A stretch of 64,000 bases of DNA from an uncultured Gammaproteobacteria bacterium (lineage in GTDB: Bacteria; Patescibacteriota; Patescibacteriia; VMEV01; CAYQCH01): contig CAZDCG010000002.1 of assembly GCA_964503955.1 (NCBI GenBank), positions 77,047 through 141,046 of the forward strand. Direction: 5' to 3'. The position numbers and the translations under genes are program-made. Positions 37,678 to 47,416 of this stretch are shown piece after piece. Every line of letters starts with the position of its first letter. Within the stretch, counting starts at the first letter, position 1. The notes beneath the pieces were generated by a model that was not told the origin of the DNA, searched no databases, and saw nothing but the letters and a program-made list of their open reading frames with translations.

Positions 37678-38091
37678 ATGGGAATGACGAATGATCCAAT
37701 CAGTGACATGCTCACTCGCATCAGAAACGCATCAGCGGTCCATAAGGGCGAGGTTTTGATGCCGTATTCAAAATTGAAGCATCGCATTGCGGAAATTTTG
37801 AGCAATGAAGGCTATGTCGGAAAGGTATCAAAGGTTGAAGGCAAGGAAACCGGGCTTCCATACGCTTCTTTGCGCATTGGGTTGCGTTACGATGAACTGA
37901 ACAACCCGTTGATCCGCGATATCAAACGCGTAAGCAAACCTGGTCTTCGTATCTACAAGAGTTCTGACGCTCTCCCTGTTGTTCTGAACAATCTCGGCAT
38001 TGCGATCGTTTCCACATCCCAGGGTGTGATGACGAACCGCGACGCGCGAAAGAAAGGCGTTGGAGGAGAAATTATCTGTGAGGTCTATTAG
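37678..38091 (+). CDS. rpsH: Ribosomal protein S8
   Basis: S8 core. Confidence 0.95.
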   Translation: MGMTNDPISDMLTRIRNASAVHKGEVLMPYSKLKHRIAEILSNEGYVGKVSKVEGKETGLPYASLRIGLRYDELNNPLIRDIKRVSKPGLRIYKSSDALPVVLNNLGIAIVSTSQGVMTNRDARKKGVGGEIICEVY

Positions 38092-38098
38092 TAGGGGC

Positions 38099-38154
38099 GT
38101 AGAGCGTAGAGTGTAGCCGCTGGAACGCTTCCTGAACTACACCCTACTCTCTAC
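38099..38154 (+). repeat. GTAGAG-based hairpin repeat, copy B (gtagagcgtagagtgtag ... ctacaccctactctctac)
   Basis: 18-bp imperfect stem, 20-nt loop, between rpsH and rplF. Confidence 0.6.
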
Positions 38155-38171
38155 ACTCCACATACAGCATT

Positions 38172-38717
38172 ATGTCTAGAATCGGTAAACAAATCATAGA
38201 GATCCCAAACGGTGTTGACATCACCGTTAATGGGGCTGTGGTTAAAGTAAAGAGCTCAAAAGGGGAGTTGACCCATGTCCTGCCGGCAAACGTGCATCTT
38301 CAGATCAATGGAAAAGAAGCGCAGGTGGTGGTTGATAATCCTGATGATTATCGACAAAATGTGCTTTGGGGAACAAATGCCAGCCTGGTCAAGAATATGG
38401 TCGAGGGCGTGAGTACCGGATTTTCAAAGCAGCTGGAAATCAACGGTGTTGGTTTCAAGGTTGCTCAGAGCGGACAGAAACTTACCTTGAATCTGGGGTT
38501 CTCGCATCCGATTGAATTTGTTCTGCCAAAGGGCATTGAAGGATCTGTTGAAAAGAACCTGATTACGATCAAGGGAATTGACAAACAGCTTGTCGGGCAG
38601 GTTGCCGCGCAGATCCGCTCCCTGAAGAAACCGGAGCCGTACAAAGGCAAAGGAATCAAGTACGCAGACGAAGTGATCAGACGCAAGGCCGGCAAGGCTG
38701 CCGCGAGCGGTGAATAA
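38172..38717 (+). CDS. rplF: Ribosomal protein L6
   Basis: L6 two-domain core. Confidence 0.95.
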   Translation: MSRIGKQIIEIPNGVDITVNGAVVKVKSSKGELTHVLPANVHLQINGKEAQVVVDNPDDYRQNVLWGTNASLVKNMVEGVSTGFSKQLEINGVGFKVAQSGQKLTLNLGFSHPIEFVLPKGIEGSVEKNLITIKGIDKQLVGQVAAQIRSLKKPEPYKGKGIKYADEVIRRKAGKAAASGE

Positions 38718-38726
38718 TGAACAACT

Positions 38727-39089
38727 ATGAATAGAAAACAGCGAATCAAAATCCAGCATCAGCGCGAACGACGCGTACGCCGAAACCGGGCGAAAATATC
38801 CGGTACAGCTGAACGTCCTCGCTTGGCTGTTCATCGAACGCTTCGTCATTTGTCTGCTCAGTTGATTGATGACGTCGCTGGCAAAACAGTTGCCGCTGCT
38901 CACTCTCGCGAAGTGAAGGCTGAAAAGAAGAAACCTGTGGAAGTTGCGGCAGAATTGGGATCTCTTCTGGCTGAACGAGCGCAGAAAGCCGGCGTGAGCG
39001 CGGTTGTGTTTGATCGTCGCAGCTACCTCTATCATGGTCGTGTAAAGGCGTTTGCGGACGCGGCTCGTGAAAAAGGATTGCAATTTTAA
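38727..39089 (+). CDS. rplR: Ribosomal protein L18
   Basis: L18 core. Confidence 0.9.
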   Translation: MNRKQRIKIQHQRERRVRRNRAKISGTAERPRLAVHRTLRHLSAQLIDDVAGKTVAAAHSREVKAEKKKPVEVAAELGSLLAERAQKAGVSAVVFDRRSYLYHGRVKAFADAAREKGLQF

Positions 39090-39098
39090 GACAGACCT

Positions 39099-39650
39099 AT
39101 GCCTACCAAACAAGCAGAAGCTCGACAAAGTGAAAAAAAGCAAGACAAGCGTCGAACCGCGGGGCGAGGTTTTCGCCGTGCTCCTCGAGAAGAATCTGAA
39201 TTCGACCAGAAAATTATCGACGTTGCGCGTGTAACCCGCGTTACAGAAGGTGGTAAGCAGATGAGCTTTCGCGCGACCGTCGCGATTGGTGACAAAAAAG
39301 GACGCGTAGGGATGGGTACAGGAAAAGGCCTTGATGTGACCAGCGCGATCAACAAAGCCGTCAACCGCGCGAAGAAGGATATGGTTGTGGTTCCGCTCGA
39401 CAAAGTCGGGACGATTCCTCATGACATCAAGCAGAAATTCGGCAGCGCGAAAGTCGGTATGCGCCCGGCTCCAAAGGGAACGGGAATCATTGCCGGCGGC
39501 GTGATGCGCATGATTTTTGAACTTGCCGGCGTGCGTAATGTCACCGCCAAAATGTACGGTTCAAAGAATAAGATCAACAATTCAAAGGCAACCATTGATG
39601 CTCTCCGGCAACTTGAAACCCTGCAAACGCGGGAGCTCAAGCGGTCATAG
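39099..39650 (+). CDS. rpsE: Ribosomal protein S5
   Basis: S5 dsRBD and C-terminal domains. Confidence 0.95.
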   Translation: MPTKQAEARQSEKKQDKRRTAGRGFRRAPREESEFDQKIIDVARVTRVTEGGKQMSFRATVAIGDKKGRVGMGTGKGLDVTSAINKAVNRAKKDMVVVPLDKVGTIPHDIKQKFGSAKVGMRPAPKGTGIIAGGVMRMIFELAGVRNVTAKMYGSKNKINNSKATIDALRQLETLQTRELKRS

Positions 39651-39666
39651 TAAGTAACAACACCGT

Positions 39667-40128
39667 ATGTCTCTTTCACTCAACAATTTAAAAGCTCCTC
39701 ACCGAGATGCGAAAAGAAAGCGCGTGCGCGTGGGCCGTGGGAACGCTTCCGGTATCGGTACCTATTCAGGACGCGGTATCAAAGGACAGAAGTCTCGTTC
39801 CGGTGTAGGCGGTCTTAAGATCAAAGGGCTGCGCCGCCGTCTTCTTCAGATTCCTAAATTGAGAGGGTTTACCGGTCCAAAAGATCGAAAATTCTCCCGC
39901 GGACATTTAGCGGAAGTCAATCTCAGCCAGCTTGAAGCTGCCTTTGAAGCGAACGCAATCGTTTCTCCAAAGAGCCTCACCAACAAACAGCTTATTCAGT
40001 CTCCTCGGCATGGAGTGAAGATTCTTGGCGAAGGCAATGTTTCAAAGCCGTTTATCGTGCGCAAATGCCATGTTTCTGCTTCTGCGAAGGAAAAAATCGA
40101 GAAAGCAGGAGGCAAAATCGAATCATAA
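39667..40128 (+). CDS. rplO: Ribosomal protein L15 (follows S5 directly; no L30 gene)
   Basis: L15 core. Confidence 0.9.
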   Translation: MSLSLNNLKAPHRDAKRKRVRVGRGNASGIGTYSGRGIKGQKSRSGVGGLKIKGLRRRLLQIPKLRGFTGPKDRKFSRGHLAEVNLSQLEAAFEANAIVSPKSLTNKQLIQSPRHGVKILGEGNVSKPFIVRKCHVSASAKEKIEKAGGKIES

Positions 40129-40140
40129 CCTATTTCCTTT

Positions 40141-41406
40141 ATGGGGAAGCTTAGGCAGGTCCTGCAAGTCAGAGAACTGAGAAACAGCATTCTGATCATT
40201 CTTGGAATCTTGTTTATTTACCGTCTTCTCGCGCATATTCCGATTCCGGGAGTAAACGCGGAAAATTTGGCGGCCTTTTTTGCTTCTAACCAGCTCCTCG
40301 GGTTAGTAAACTTGTTTTCCGGAGGCGGTTTGCAGAGTTTTTCTTTGGCTGCACTTGGTGTGGCGCCATACATTACCGCGTCGATTATCTTTCAGCTGCT
40401 GGTAATGATTGTTCCTCGATTCGAAGAAATTCAGAAAGAAGGCGAATCAGGGCAGCAGAGAATCAACCGCTGGACGCGCTGGGCATCCGTGCCTTTGGCA
40501 TTCATTCAGGCATTCAGCTTTATCACTCTGATCAGACAGCAGTCTCAGTTTGACATTGCCGGCGCCATGACTCCGGCTCAGATCATTGTTGCTATGATCG
40601 CCATGACGGCCGGCAGCGTATTCTTGATGTGGCTTGGAGAGCTGATCTCGGAGCGCAATATGGGAAATGGTATTTCAATCATGATTTTTGCCGGTATCGT
40701 GGCGGGATTGCCGACCATTTTGCAGCAGACCATCCTGACATTTGACCAGTCGCAGATTTTTAATATCATCATCTTTGCGGCGATCACGATGATCACGATC
40801 GTTGCGATTGTGTTCATGACCGAAGGGCAGCGCAATGTTCCAGTCTCGTACGCCCGGGTGACCCGCACAGGCCAGAACGTGGATTCGCATCTGCCGATCC
40901 GCGTGAATATTGCCGGCGTGATCCCGATCATCTTCGCCATTTCCGTTATTCTCTTCCCACCGACCCTGGCGCAGTTTTTGATCAGCGCGCAGAGCCCGGC
41001 CGTGGTGAATGCCGCAAACTGGGTGATTAACCTGTTCAACAATACGCTGTTCTACGGAATCATCTATTTTGCTTCTGTTGTCTTGTTTACATTCTTCTAT
41101 ACGTCGGTTGTCTTCAAACCTGATCAGATCGCTGAGAATCTGCAGAAACAGGGGGCGTTCATTCCCGGCATCCGCCCAGGGAAGCCGACGGAAGAGTATC
41201 TCCAATTTGTCGTAAACCGCGTTGTGCTTGCCGGAGCATTATTCCTGGGCGCTGTTGCCGTGCTCCCGTTGATTGTTCAGGAATTCACCGGACTGCAAAC
41301 GCTCGTCGTTGGCGGAACCAGCATCTTGATCGTTGTCGCCGTTGTGATCGACATTGTTCAGCAGATCAATGCGCAGTTGACCATGCGGGATTACGATAGT
41401 CTCTAA
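40141..41406 (+). CDS. secY: Preprotein translocase subunit SecY
   Basis: 10 TM, SecY signature. Confidence 0.95.
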   Translation: MGKLRQVLQVRELRNSILIILGILFIYRLLAHIPIPGVNAENLAAFFASNQLLGLVNLFSGGGLQSFSLAALGVAPYITASIIFQLLVMIVPRFEEIQKEGESGQQRINRWTRWASVPLAFIQAFSFITLIRQQSQFDIAGAMTPAQIIVAMIAMTAGSVFLMWLGELISERNMGNGISIMIFAGIVAGLPTILQQTILTFDQSQIFNIIIFAAITMITIVAIVFMTEGQRNVPVSYARVTRTGQNVDSHLPIRVNIAGVIPIIFAISVILFPPTLAQFLISAQSPAVVNAANWVINLFNNTLFYGIIYFASVVLFTFFYTSVVFKPDQIAENLQKQGAFIPGIRPGKPTEEYLQFVVNRVVLAGALFLGAVAVLPLIVQEFTGLQTLVVGGTSILIVVAVVIDIVQQINAQLTMRDYDSL

Positions 41407-41430
41407 TATCTCAGCCAAACCTTGCATCGT

Positions 41431-41461
41431 AAAAGAGCCCTTGAGGGGCTCTTTTTGGTCG
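41431..41461. terminator. Convergent terminator aaagagccc-ttgag-gggctcttt plus T-run
   Basis: 9-bp stem between secY (+) and the aldehyde dehydrogenase gene (-). Confidence 0.6.
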
Positions 41462-41500
41462 TCAGAAATGTTCTCAGTTTTCAGTCGTATCACTATCAAC

Positions 41501-42865
41501 CTATTTCACCCAGACGGTCTTGATATTGACGAATTCCTTGATGCCGTAATGAGACAATTCTCTGCCAAATCCGGATTTCTTGATTCCACCAAAAGGCAGC
41601 CGGGGATCTGATTTCACCATCCCATTGATGAAGACGGAACCAGCCTCAATGCGCGCGGCCATATTCTGAGCTCGTTCAATATCTTTTGTCCAGATTGAGG
41701 CGCCAAGGCCGAATTGGGAATTGTTTGCAACCTGTATCGCTTCTTCTTCATCTTTGACGATAATCACCGAAGCCACGGGACCAAAAATTTCCTGTTCATA
41801 GGCTGGCATTCCAGGGACTAAATCCTTGAGAATGGTCGGCGCATAATAAGCGCCAGGCAAATCAGGGATGCTTGCTCCGGTAACGGCGGTTGCGCCCATG
41901 GAAATGGATTGTTTGACCTGTTCGGCGACTTCGTCGCGGATTTTCTCTGTTGCCAGCGGTCCGATATTTGTGGATTCATCCATGGGATTGCCGACAATAG
42001 CGGACTCAAATTTCGCTTTAAAGGCAGCCACAAACTCCTCCGCGACTGATTCGACGAGGATAAACCGCTTGGCGGCAATACAGCTTTGTCCTGTATTCTG
42101 CAGGCGAGCGGTTGCGGCCGTGTCGCTGGCAAGTGCAAGCTCGGCATCTTCAAGAACGATAAACGGATCAGATCCGCCAAGTTCCAGAACACTCTTTTTG
42201 ATCGATTTGCCTGAAAGCATGGCAACTTGCGATCCGGCAAATTCGGAACCAGTGAGCGTGGTGGCTTTCACACGATCATCCTGGATGAGCGTTTCCACTT
42301 TTGATGATGAAATCAGGAGAGATTGAAAAGCGCCTTTTGGAAAACCGGCTTCTTCAAAAATCTCCTGAATAGCCAGGGCGGACTGGGGGACATTGGATGC
42401 ATGTTTGAGGATGCATACATTTCCCGCCATGAGCGCTGGAGCGGCAAATCGAAAGACCTGCCAGAATGGGAAATTCCAGGGCATGACGGCAAGGATAATG
42501 CCGAGCGGATCAAAACGCACATAGGAGCTGGAAGCATCTGTCTCAATGATTTCCTTGGCAAGCATCGCTTCGGCTTCCTGCGCGTAGTATTCGCAGACCC
42601 AGGCGCATTTCGCCACCTCGGCCTGTGCCTGCTTGATGGGCTTTCCCATTTCACGCGTGATAATTTCTCCGTATTTTCGGGCATCACGCTTAAGGATTTC
42701 CGCGGCTTTGAGCAGACGTTCTTTTCGATGCGCAAACGATGTTCTTCTCCATTCTTCATGGATGGATTGCGCTCGTGCAAGCATTTCTTCCACCTGCTGG
42801 TCTGAATATTCCTCAAAGGTTTTGATGATTTCTCCGGTTGCCGGATTTAAGGATTGAATAGACAT
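41501..42865 (-). CDS. gabD: NAD(P)-dependent aldehyde dehydrogenase, succinate-semialdehyde dehydrogenase-like
   Basis: ALDH superfamily core. Catalytic Cys/Glu region conserved. Confidence 0.75.
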   Translation of the reverse strand: MSIQSLNPATGEIIKTFEEYSDQQVEEMLARAQSIHEEWRRTSFAHRKERLLKAAEILKRDARKYGEIITREMGKPIKQAQAEVAKCAWVCEYYAQEAEAMLAKEIIETDASSSYVRFDPLGIILAVMPWNFPFWQVFRFAAPALMAGNVCILKHASNVPQSALAIQEIFEEAGFPKGAFQSLLISSSKVETLIQDDRVKATTLTGSEFAGSQVAMLSGKSIKKSVLELGGSDPFIVLEDAELALASDTAATARLQNTGQSCIAAKRFILVESVAEEFVAAFKAKFESAIVGNPMDESTNIGPLATEKIRDEVAEQVKQSISMGATAVTGASIPDLPGAYYAPTILKDLVPGMPAYEQEIFGPVASVIIVKDEEEAIQVANNSQFGLGASIWTKDIERAQNMAARIEAGSVFINGMVKSDPRLPFGGIKKSGFGRELSHYGIKEFVNIKTVWVK

Positions 42866-42881
42866 AAAGATGGTATTAATG

Positions 42882-44543
42882 TCACGCTGGCAAAAGAACA
42901 GGCTCGATTTCGCATGTAAGTCTCTTTAATTCATCGGTAAAGACTTTCTGATTTTCCGTATAGTCAACGGGGATCTCGATGAGATGTACGCCTCCTTGCG
43001 ATTGTGCTTTCTTGACGAGTTCAACCAACTGGCCAGCCTCTTCCACTCGATGGCCTTTCGCGCCATAGCTTTGCGCATAGGCGACAAAATCGGGATTGCC
43101 ATAATCAAGCCCGAAATTTCCATATCCCATGCCGGATTGTTTCCATTTAATCATGCCGTATCCGCTGTCATTGACCACAAGAATGACAAGATCAAGTCCC
43201 AGCCGGATTGCGGTTTCAAGCTCCTGAGAATTCATCATAAAGCCTCCGTCGCCGGCCACCACAACAACCTGGCGTTCGGGCATGACAAGCTTGGCAGCAA
43301 TTCCGGACGGCAAACCTGCTCCCATGGTGGCTAATGCATTGTCAAGCAGCAGGGTATTTGGCTGGTGCGCCTGATAGTGGCGGGCAAACCAGAGCTTGTA
43401 CATGCCATTATCCAGGCAGAGAATGCCGTCGCTTGGCATGATTTTTCTCAGATCCGCAACAATGCGCTGCGGTTTGAGCGGGAAGGACATGTCATCATCA
43501 GATTCGTGGATGTGTTGATCAAGCCGCTTTTTGATTGCCAGAAAATATTCGAAATCCCAATGCGGCTGAGGTTGCAGGCGTTCGCACAGCTGCCAGATCG
43601 TATTGCCGATATCGCCAATGACTTCGTGCTGAGGGAAATAGACTTCGTCAATTTGCGCAGGAAAGAAGTTAATGTGAATCACTTTCGGCCCGCCCTCCTT
43701 CATGATAAAGGGCGGTTTTTCAATCACGTCATGGCCCACATTGATGATAAGATCCGCCTTTTCAATGGCGCAGTGTACAAAGTCTCGCGCGGAGAGCGCC
43801 GCCGTTCCAATAAAGCGTTCATGCCGTTCATCAACCACGCCTTTGCCCATTTGCGTATTCACAAAAGGAATGCCCATTTTATCGACAAAACGAGTGAGCA
43901 TTTTATGCGTGATTTTACGATTTGCGCCGGCTCCGACAAGAATCAGCGGATGTTTTGCCTGTTCAATCATTTCAATGGCCTGTTTCACCGCTTTTTCTTC
44001 CGCGATCGGCCTTCGGGTTTCTGTTCTGGTGTAAGGAACGGACACGGTCTCTTCCTGGGCGATATCTTCGGGAAGCTCAAGGTGAACCGGACCCGGGCGT
44101 TCCCGCTCCGCTGTGCTGAATGCATCACGGACCATGGAAGGAATGCGGTTTCCGCTGACAATCACTCTGCTGAGCTGGGTGAGCGGCCGCATAATGGTGA
44201 CAGTATCGATAATCTGAAAATGACCTTGCTTGCTGGATTTAATCGGTTTCTGGCCGGTAATCATCATCATGGGCATGGCTCCAAGTTTCGCGTAGGCCGC
44301 CGAGGTGGCAAAATTCGTGGCTCCCGGTCCCAAGGTGGAGAGGCAGACACCGGCTTTGCCGGTCAGCCGCCCAATGGTTGCGGCCATGAAGCCCGCGGAC
44401 TGTTCATGCCTGGTTACAATGAGTTTGATCTTTGAATCGCGCAAGGATTCAAGGAGATCGAGGTTTTCCTCCCCGGGCACTCCAAAAATATATTCAACGC
44501 CCTCGTTTTCAAGAGATTTTACAAAAAGATCGGATGCTTTCAT
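42882..44543 (-). CDS. Thiamine-diphosphate-dependent enzyme of the acetolactate-synthase/2-keto-acid decarboxylase family
   Basis: N-terminal Pyr domain (GVPGEENLDLL ... HEQSAGFMA ... GPGATN). C-terminal TPP-binding domain. Confidence 0.75.
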   Translation of the reverse strand: MKASDLFVKSLENEGVEYIFGVPGEENLDLLESLRDSKIKLIVTRHEQSAGFMAATIGRLTGKAGVCLSTLGPGATNFATSAAYAKLGAMPMMMITGQKPIKSSKQGHFQIIDTVTIMRPLTQLSRVIVSGNRIPSMVRDAFSTAERERPGPVHLELPEDIAQEETVSVPYTRTETRRPIAEEKAVKQAIEMIEQAKHPLILVGAGANRKITHKMLTRFVDKMGIPFVNTQMGKGVVDERHERFIGTAALSARDFVHCAIEKADLIINVGHDVIEKPPFIMKEGGPKVIHINFFPAQIDEVYFPQHEVIGDIGNTIWQLCERLQPQPHWDFEYFLAIKKRLDQHIHESDDDMSFPLKPQRIVADLRKIMPSDGILCLDNGMYKLWFARHYQAHQPNTLLLDNALATMGAGLPSGIAAKLVMPERQVVVVAGDGGFMMNSQELETAIRLGLDLVILVVNDSGYGMIKWKQSGMGYGNFGLDYGNPDFVAYAQSYGAKGHRVEEAGQLVELVKKAQSQGGVHLIEIPVDYTENQKVFTDELKRLTCEIEPVLLPA

Positions 44544-44719
44544 ACGACGGGGTTAATGGTTATAAGATTCCATTGTACTCGCAATTTCACGAAATGAACA
44601 ATATCGCATGATCACTGCATAGAATGTCTTCACGTGAAAGGTGGAGAAAAATAATACAACAGACAGGATTGATTATCCCACTGATTTGCATTAGGGTAGT
44701 TGAGGACCATGGAGGGAAA

Positions 44720-45340
44720 ATGGAATACGGTAAAGATGATCTGAATGACCGGATTCGTCTGAAGCAGACGAACCTGAAGAAGCTGCTGCTCGCCGCCGCG
44801 CTTGGCGACGAGGAAGCCAGAGCATTTCTTACCCGCGAGACGGCGGTTCAGGTGCCGGACAAGGATCTGGGGTTGCGGGAGCTTGGTCAGGTGGCGCTTG
44901 AGTGCTCTACGCCAACATGGATGCGTTTGGCTCTTGTCTGTGCGGAGGCTCAGTTCAAGCTTCTGCCTGGCTGCCTGAAGCGCGGGTGCCGCGAGATGAT
45001 TGACCAGGCGCATGCCTGCCTGGCCGTGCCATCCGATGATGAGCGGATCAAGCGTCTGCGCCGCCTGCGATGCAAGGTCGGAGACAAGCATGTCTGGTGG
45101 CTTGGGAACAGGTATGACGGCTCCGAGAAAGCCCGCCGCGAGGCAGAGGTCTTCATGGGAATCGGGCTAGGTATTACCTGCGTGCTGGAAAACCTCGGCA
45201 AGCGCACTGCATTCCTGATCGCTACGCCCGATCTGATTTTGCAGTACGTAGACACGAATCGGGGGCATGCGCAGTTCTTCCGCCTTGCAAAGCGGGATTT
45301 CATTCCCTGGCTGAAGGGCAATTGGCCCGAGTTCGCATGA
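44720..45340 (+). CDS. Hypothetical protein, high GC (about 58%)
   Basis: SD ggaggg 7 nt before ATG. No motif. Confidence 0.45.
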   Translation: MEYGKDDLNDRIRLKQTNLKKLLLAAALGDEEARAFLTRETAVQVPDKDLGLRELGQVALECSTPTWMRLALVCAEAQFKLLPGCLKRGCREMIDQAHACLAVPSDDERIKRLRRLRCKVGDKHVWWLGNRYDGSEKARREAEVFMGIGLGITCVLENLGKRTAFLIATPDLILQYVDTNRGHAQFFRLAKRDFIPWLKGNWPEFA

Positions 45341-45417
45341 CAACGAGGAGGGTGATGGATATGGAGCCGTTGAGTCCCGCTCGGGGATTCCGGCTCCTCT
45401 TTGTTCTAGCGGAAAAA

Positions 45418-45446
45418 TTGCCTAAAAGGCTCAAAAAAGCTATAGT
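45418..45446 (+). promoter_or_regulatory. Promoter TTGCCT-N17-TATAGT upstream of adk
   Basis: Seen in sequence. Confidence 0.5.
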
Positions 45447-45487
45447 CCTACTTGCACTCTGGATTAACGCAAATCCGTATTTTGATT

Positions 45488-46141
45488 ATGCAAAGACCAA
45501 CCTTGATTCTGATGGGTTCAGCCGGTTCCGGAAAAGGGACGCAAAGTGAACTATTGCAAGAACAATTAGGGTATCATGTCGTGGAGGCCGGAGCGATTTT
45601 CCGCAAAACCGCGCAAATGGACACGCCGATCGGGCGCAAAGTCAAAGAGATCAACGATTCAGGCGGACATGCGTCGGACGAATTGATCACCGAGTTGATG
45701 ACCGGTTACATCAAAGAAGTCCCAAAAGAGGAACCATTGCTGATTGACGGTTATCCGCGAACGGTCGGGCAGGCGGATATGCTCAAGGATTTGCTCGCGC
45801 AAGCCGAGCGCGATCCCGAGCAGCATCTTGCCGTTTGGATCCGTGTCAGCCGCCAAGAAGCGGAACGACGGCTATTGAACCGTTCGCAGTGCACGGTCTG
45901 TAAAACGATCTTCATGAGACGCGATATTGAAACCTGTCCGCATTGCAACGGCGAAGTGAAGCCTCGCGATTATGACCGCCCCGAAGCGATTGCCAAGCGG
46001 CTCGACTTCTACGAAGAACAAACCATGCCCATGATTGACCAGTACAGGGAGCAGGGACGTTTGCTCGAGATCAACGGTGAACAGGAAGTGGCGCATGTCT
46101 TTGAAGAAATCAAAAAGAAACTTAAAGAAAGCCTCTCTTAA
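45488..46141 (+). CDS. adk: Adenylate kinase (Zn-lid type)
   Basis: GSAGSGKGTQ P-loop. CTVCKTIF ... CPHC lid. Confidence 0.85.
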   Translation: MQRPTLILMGSAGSGKGTQSELLQEQLGYHVVEAGAIFRKTAQMDTPIGRKVKEINDSGGHASDELITELMTGYIKEVPKEEPLLIDGYPRTVGQADMLKDLLAQAERDPEQHLAVWIRVSRQEAERRLLNRSQCTVCKTIFMRRDIETCPHCNGEVKPRDYDRPEAIAKRLDFYEEQTMPMIDQYREQGRLLEINGEQEVAHVFEEIKKKLKESLS

Positions 46142-46939
46142 TTGTTTGTCATGGTTATCGTAAAAACCCCCGAACAGATTGAAGGGATCAGAAAGAGCTG
46201 CCGGCTTCTTGCCCATGTCATGGAGCAGCTGGTCCGCATGGTAAAACCCGGCATCACAACCGGTGATCTTGATCGTGAAGCGGAGCGGCTGATCCGCGAA
46301 GGCGGGGGCAAACCTGCGTTTAAAGGGTATCAATCTGCTCCTTCAGGCGTGCCATTTCCATCATCCGTCTGCACATCAGTCAATGATATCGTTGTTCATG
46401 GCATTGCTAATGAGTACGAGTTAAAGGAGGGCGATCTTATCGGTCTTGACTGCGGTGTGAACCTGAATGGGTATTTTTCGGATATGGCAAGAACCGTGGC
46501 GGTTGGATCCGTGGATGCGCATAAGCAAAAGTTGATTGATGTGGCTAAGCACTCTTTGGACAAGGGGATTGATCAGATCCGGCCGGGCAAGTCTATTCGA
46601 GCTATTTCGCAAGCGATTGAGAATGCGATTGTGCCTCATAACTTCGGCATTGTTCGAGGGTTTGCTGGGCACGGGGTGGGGCTTCAGGTGCATGAGGATC
46701 CATGGATTCCAAATTACGTTTCAGAAGAGCTGGAAGATGATCTTAACTTTGTTATGCAGCCTGGCCATGTATTTGCCATCGAACCCATGATCACCGATGG
46801 TGAGGAAGACGTACAGATTTTAAGCGATGGATGGTCCGTGCAGACCGTAGACGGCTCATTGAGCGCGCATTTTGAAGACACGGTCTTAGTTACTGAAAAT
46901 GGGCACGAAGTACTTACTAGATTAAGCGAGATTCGCTAG
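46142..46939 (+). CDS. map: Methionine aminopeptidase type I
   Basis: Pita-bread fold metal ligands pattern. Confidence 0.9.
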   Translation: MFVMVIVKTPEQIEGIRKSCRLLAHVMEQLVRMVKPGITTGDLDREAERLIREGGGKPAFKGYQSAPSGVPFPSSVCTSVNDIVVHGIANEYELKEGDLIGLDCGVNLNGYFSDMARTVAVGSVDAHKQKLIDVAKHSLDKGIDQIRPGKSIRAISQAIENAIVPHNFGIVRGFAGHGVGLQVHEDPWIPNYVSEELEDDLNFVMQPGHVFAIEPMITDGEEDVQILSDGWSVQTVDGSLSAHFEDTVLVTENGHEVLTRLSEIR

Positions 46940-46977
46940 ATCCCCAGAGATGAATGCGCGCGAATTTAGCTAATCAA

Positions 46978-46997
46978 GTGAGTCTAGCAAGTCTAAG
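46978..46997. repeat. GTCTG-pentamer family variant (gtgagtctagcaagtctaag) just upstream of ruvX
   Basis: 17/20 identity to tgtgagtctgacaagtctgt at 61449 and 63800. Confidence 0.45.
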
Positions 46998-47002
46998 ATA
47001 CT

Positions 47003-47416
47003 ATGCGATATCTCGGTATTGATTACGGTTCCTCATATATAGGGCTTGCGGTCGGGGATAATGAAAGTTTTTTTGCCGTCCCGATGGACACGATCAGGGA
47101 AAAGGATCTTGAACGCCAGCTCGCGTCGGTAGTTCAAGTAGTGATGGATGAGGAAATCAACCATATCGTCGTCGGGTATCCACTTACGCTTGAAGGAGGA
47201 CAGTCTGAGCAGACATCGCGGATCCTTGATTTTATAGAGGAGCTTTCAGGAAGAGTGAGCGTGCCGGTCGAGAAAGAGGATGAACGTTTGACTTCTGCGT
47301 TCGCGCAGTCATTGAAGCAGGATTATAACGGCGGCGCTCATGACGAGCATGCGCTGGCGGCTGCCGCCATTCTGCAGACCTACCTGGATCGCAAACGCAA
47401 TCAGCATGACGTATAA
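47003..47416 (+). CDS. ruvX: RuvX/YqgF Holliday-junction-resolvase-like (pre-16S rRNA nuclease)
   Basis: YLGIDYGSSYIGLAVGD N-terminus. Confidence 0.8.
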   Translation: MRYLGIDYGSSYIGLAVGDNESFFAVPMDTIREKDLERQLASVVQVVMDEEINHIVVGYPLTLEGGQSEQTSRILDFIEELSGRVSVPVEKEDERLTSAFAQSLKQDYNGGAHDEHALAAAAILQTYLDRKRNQHDV

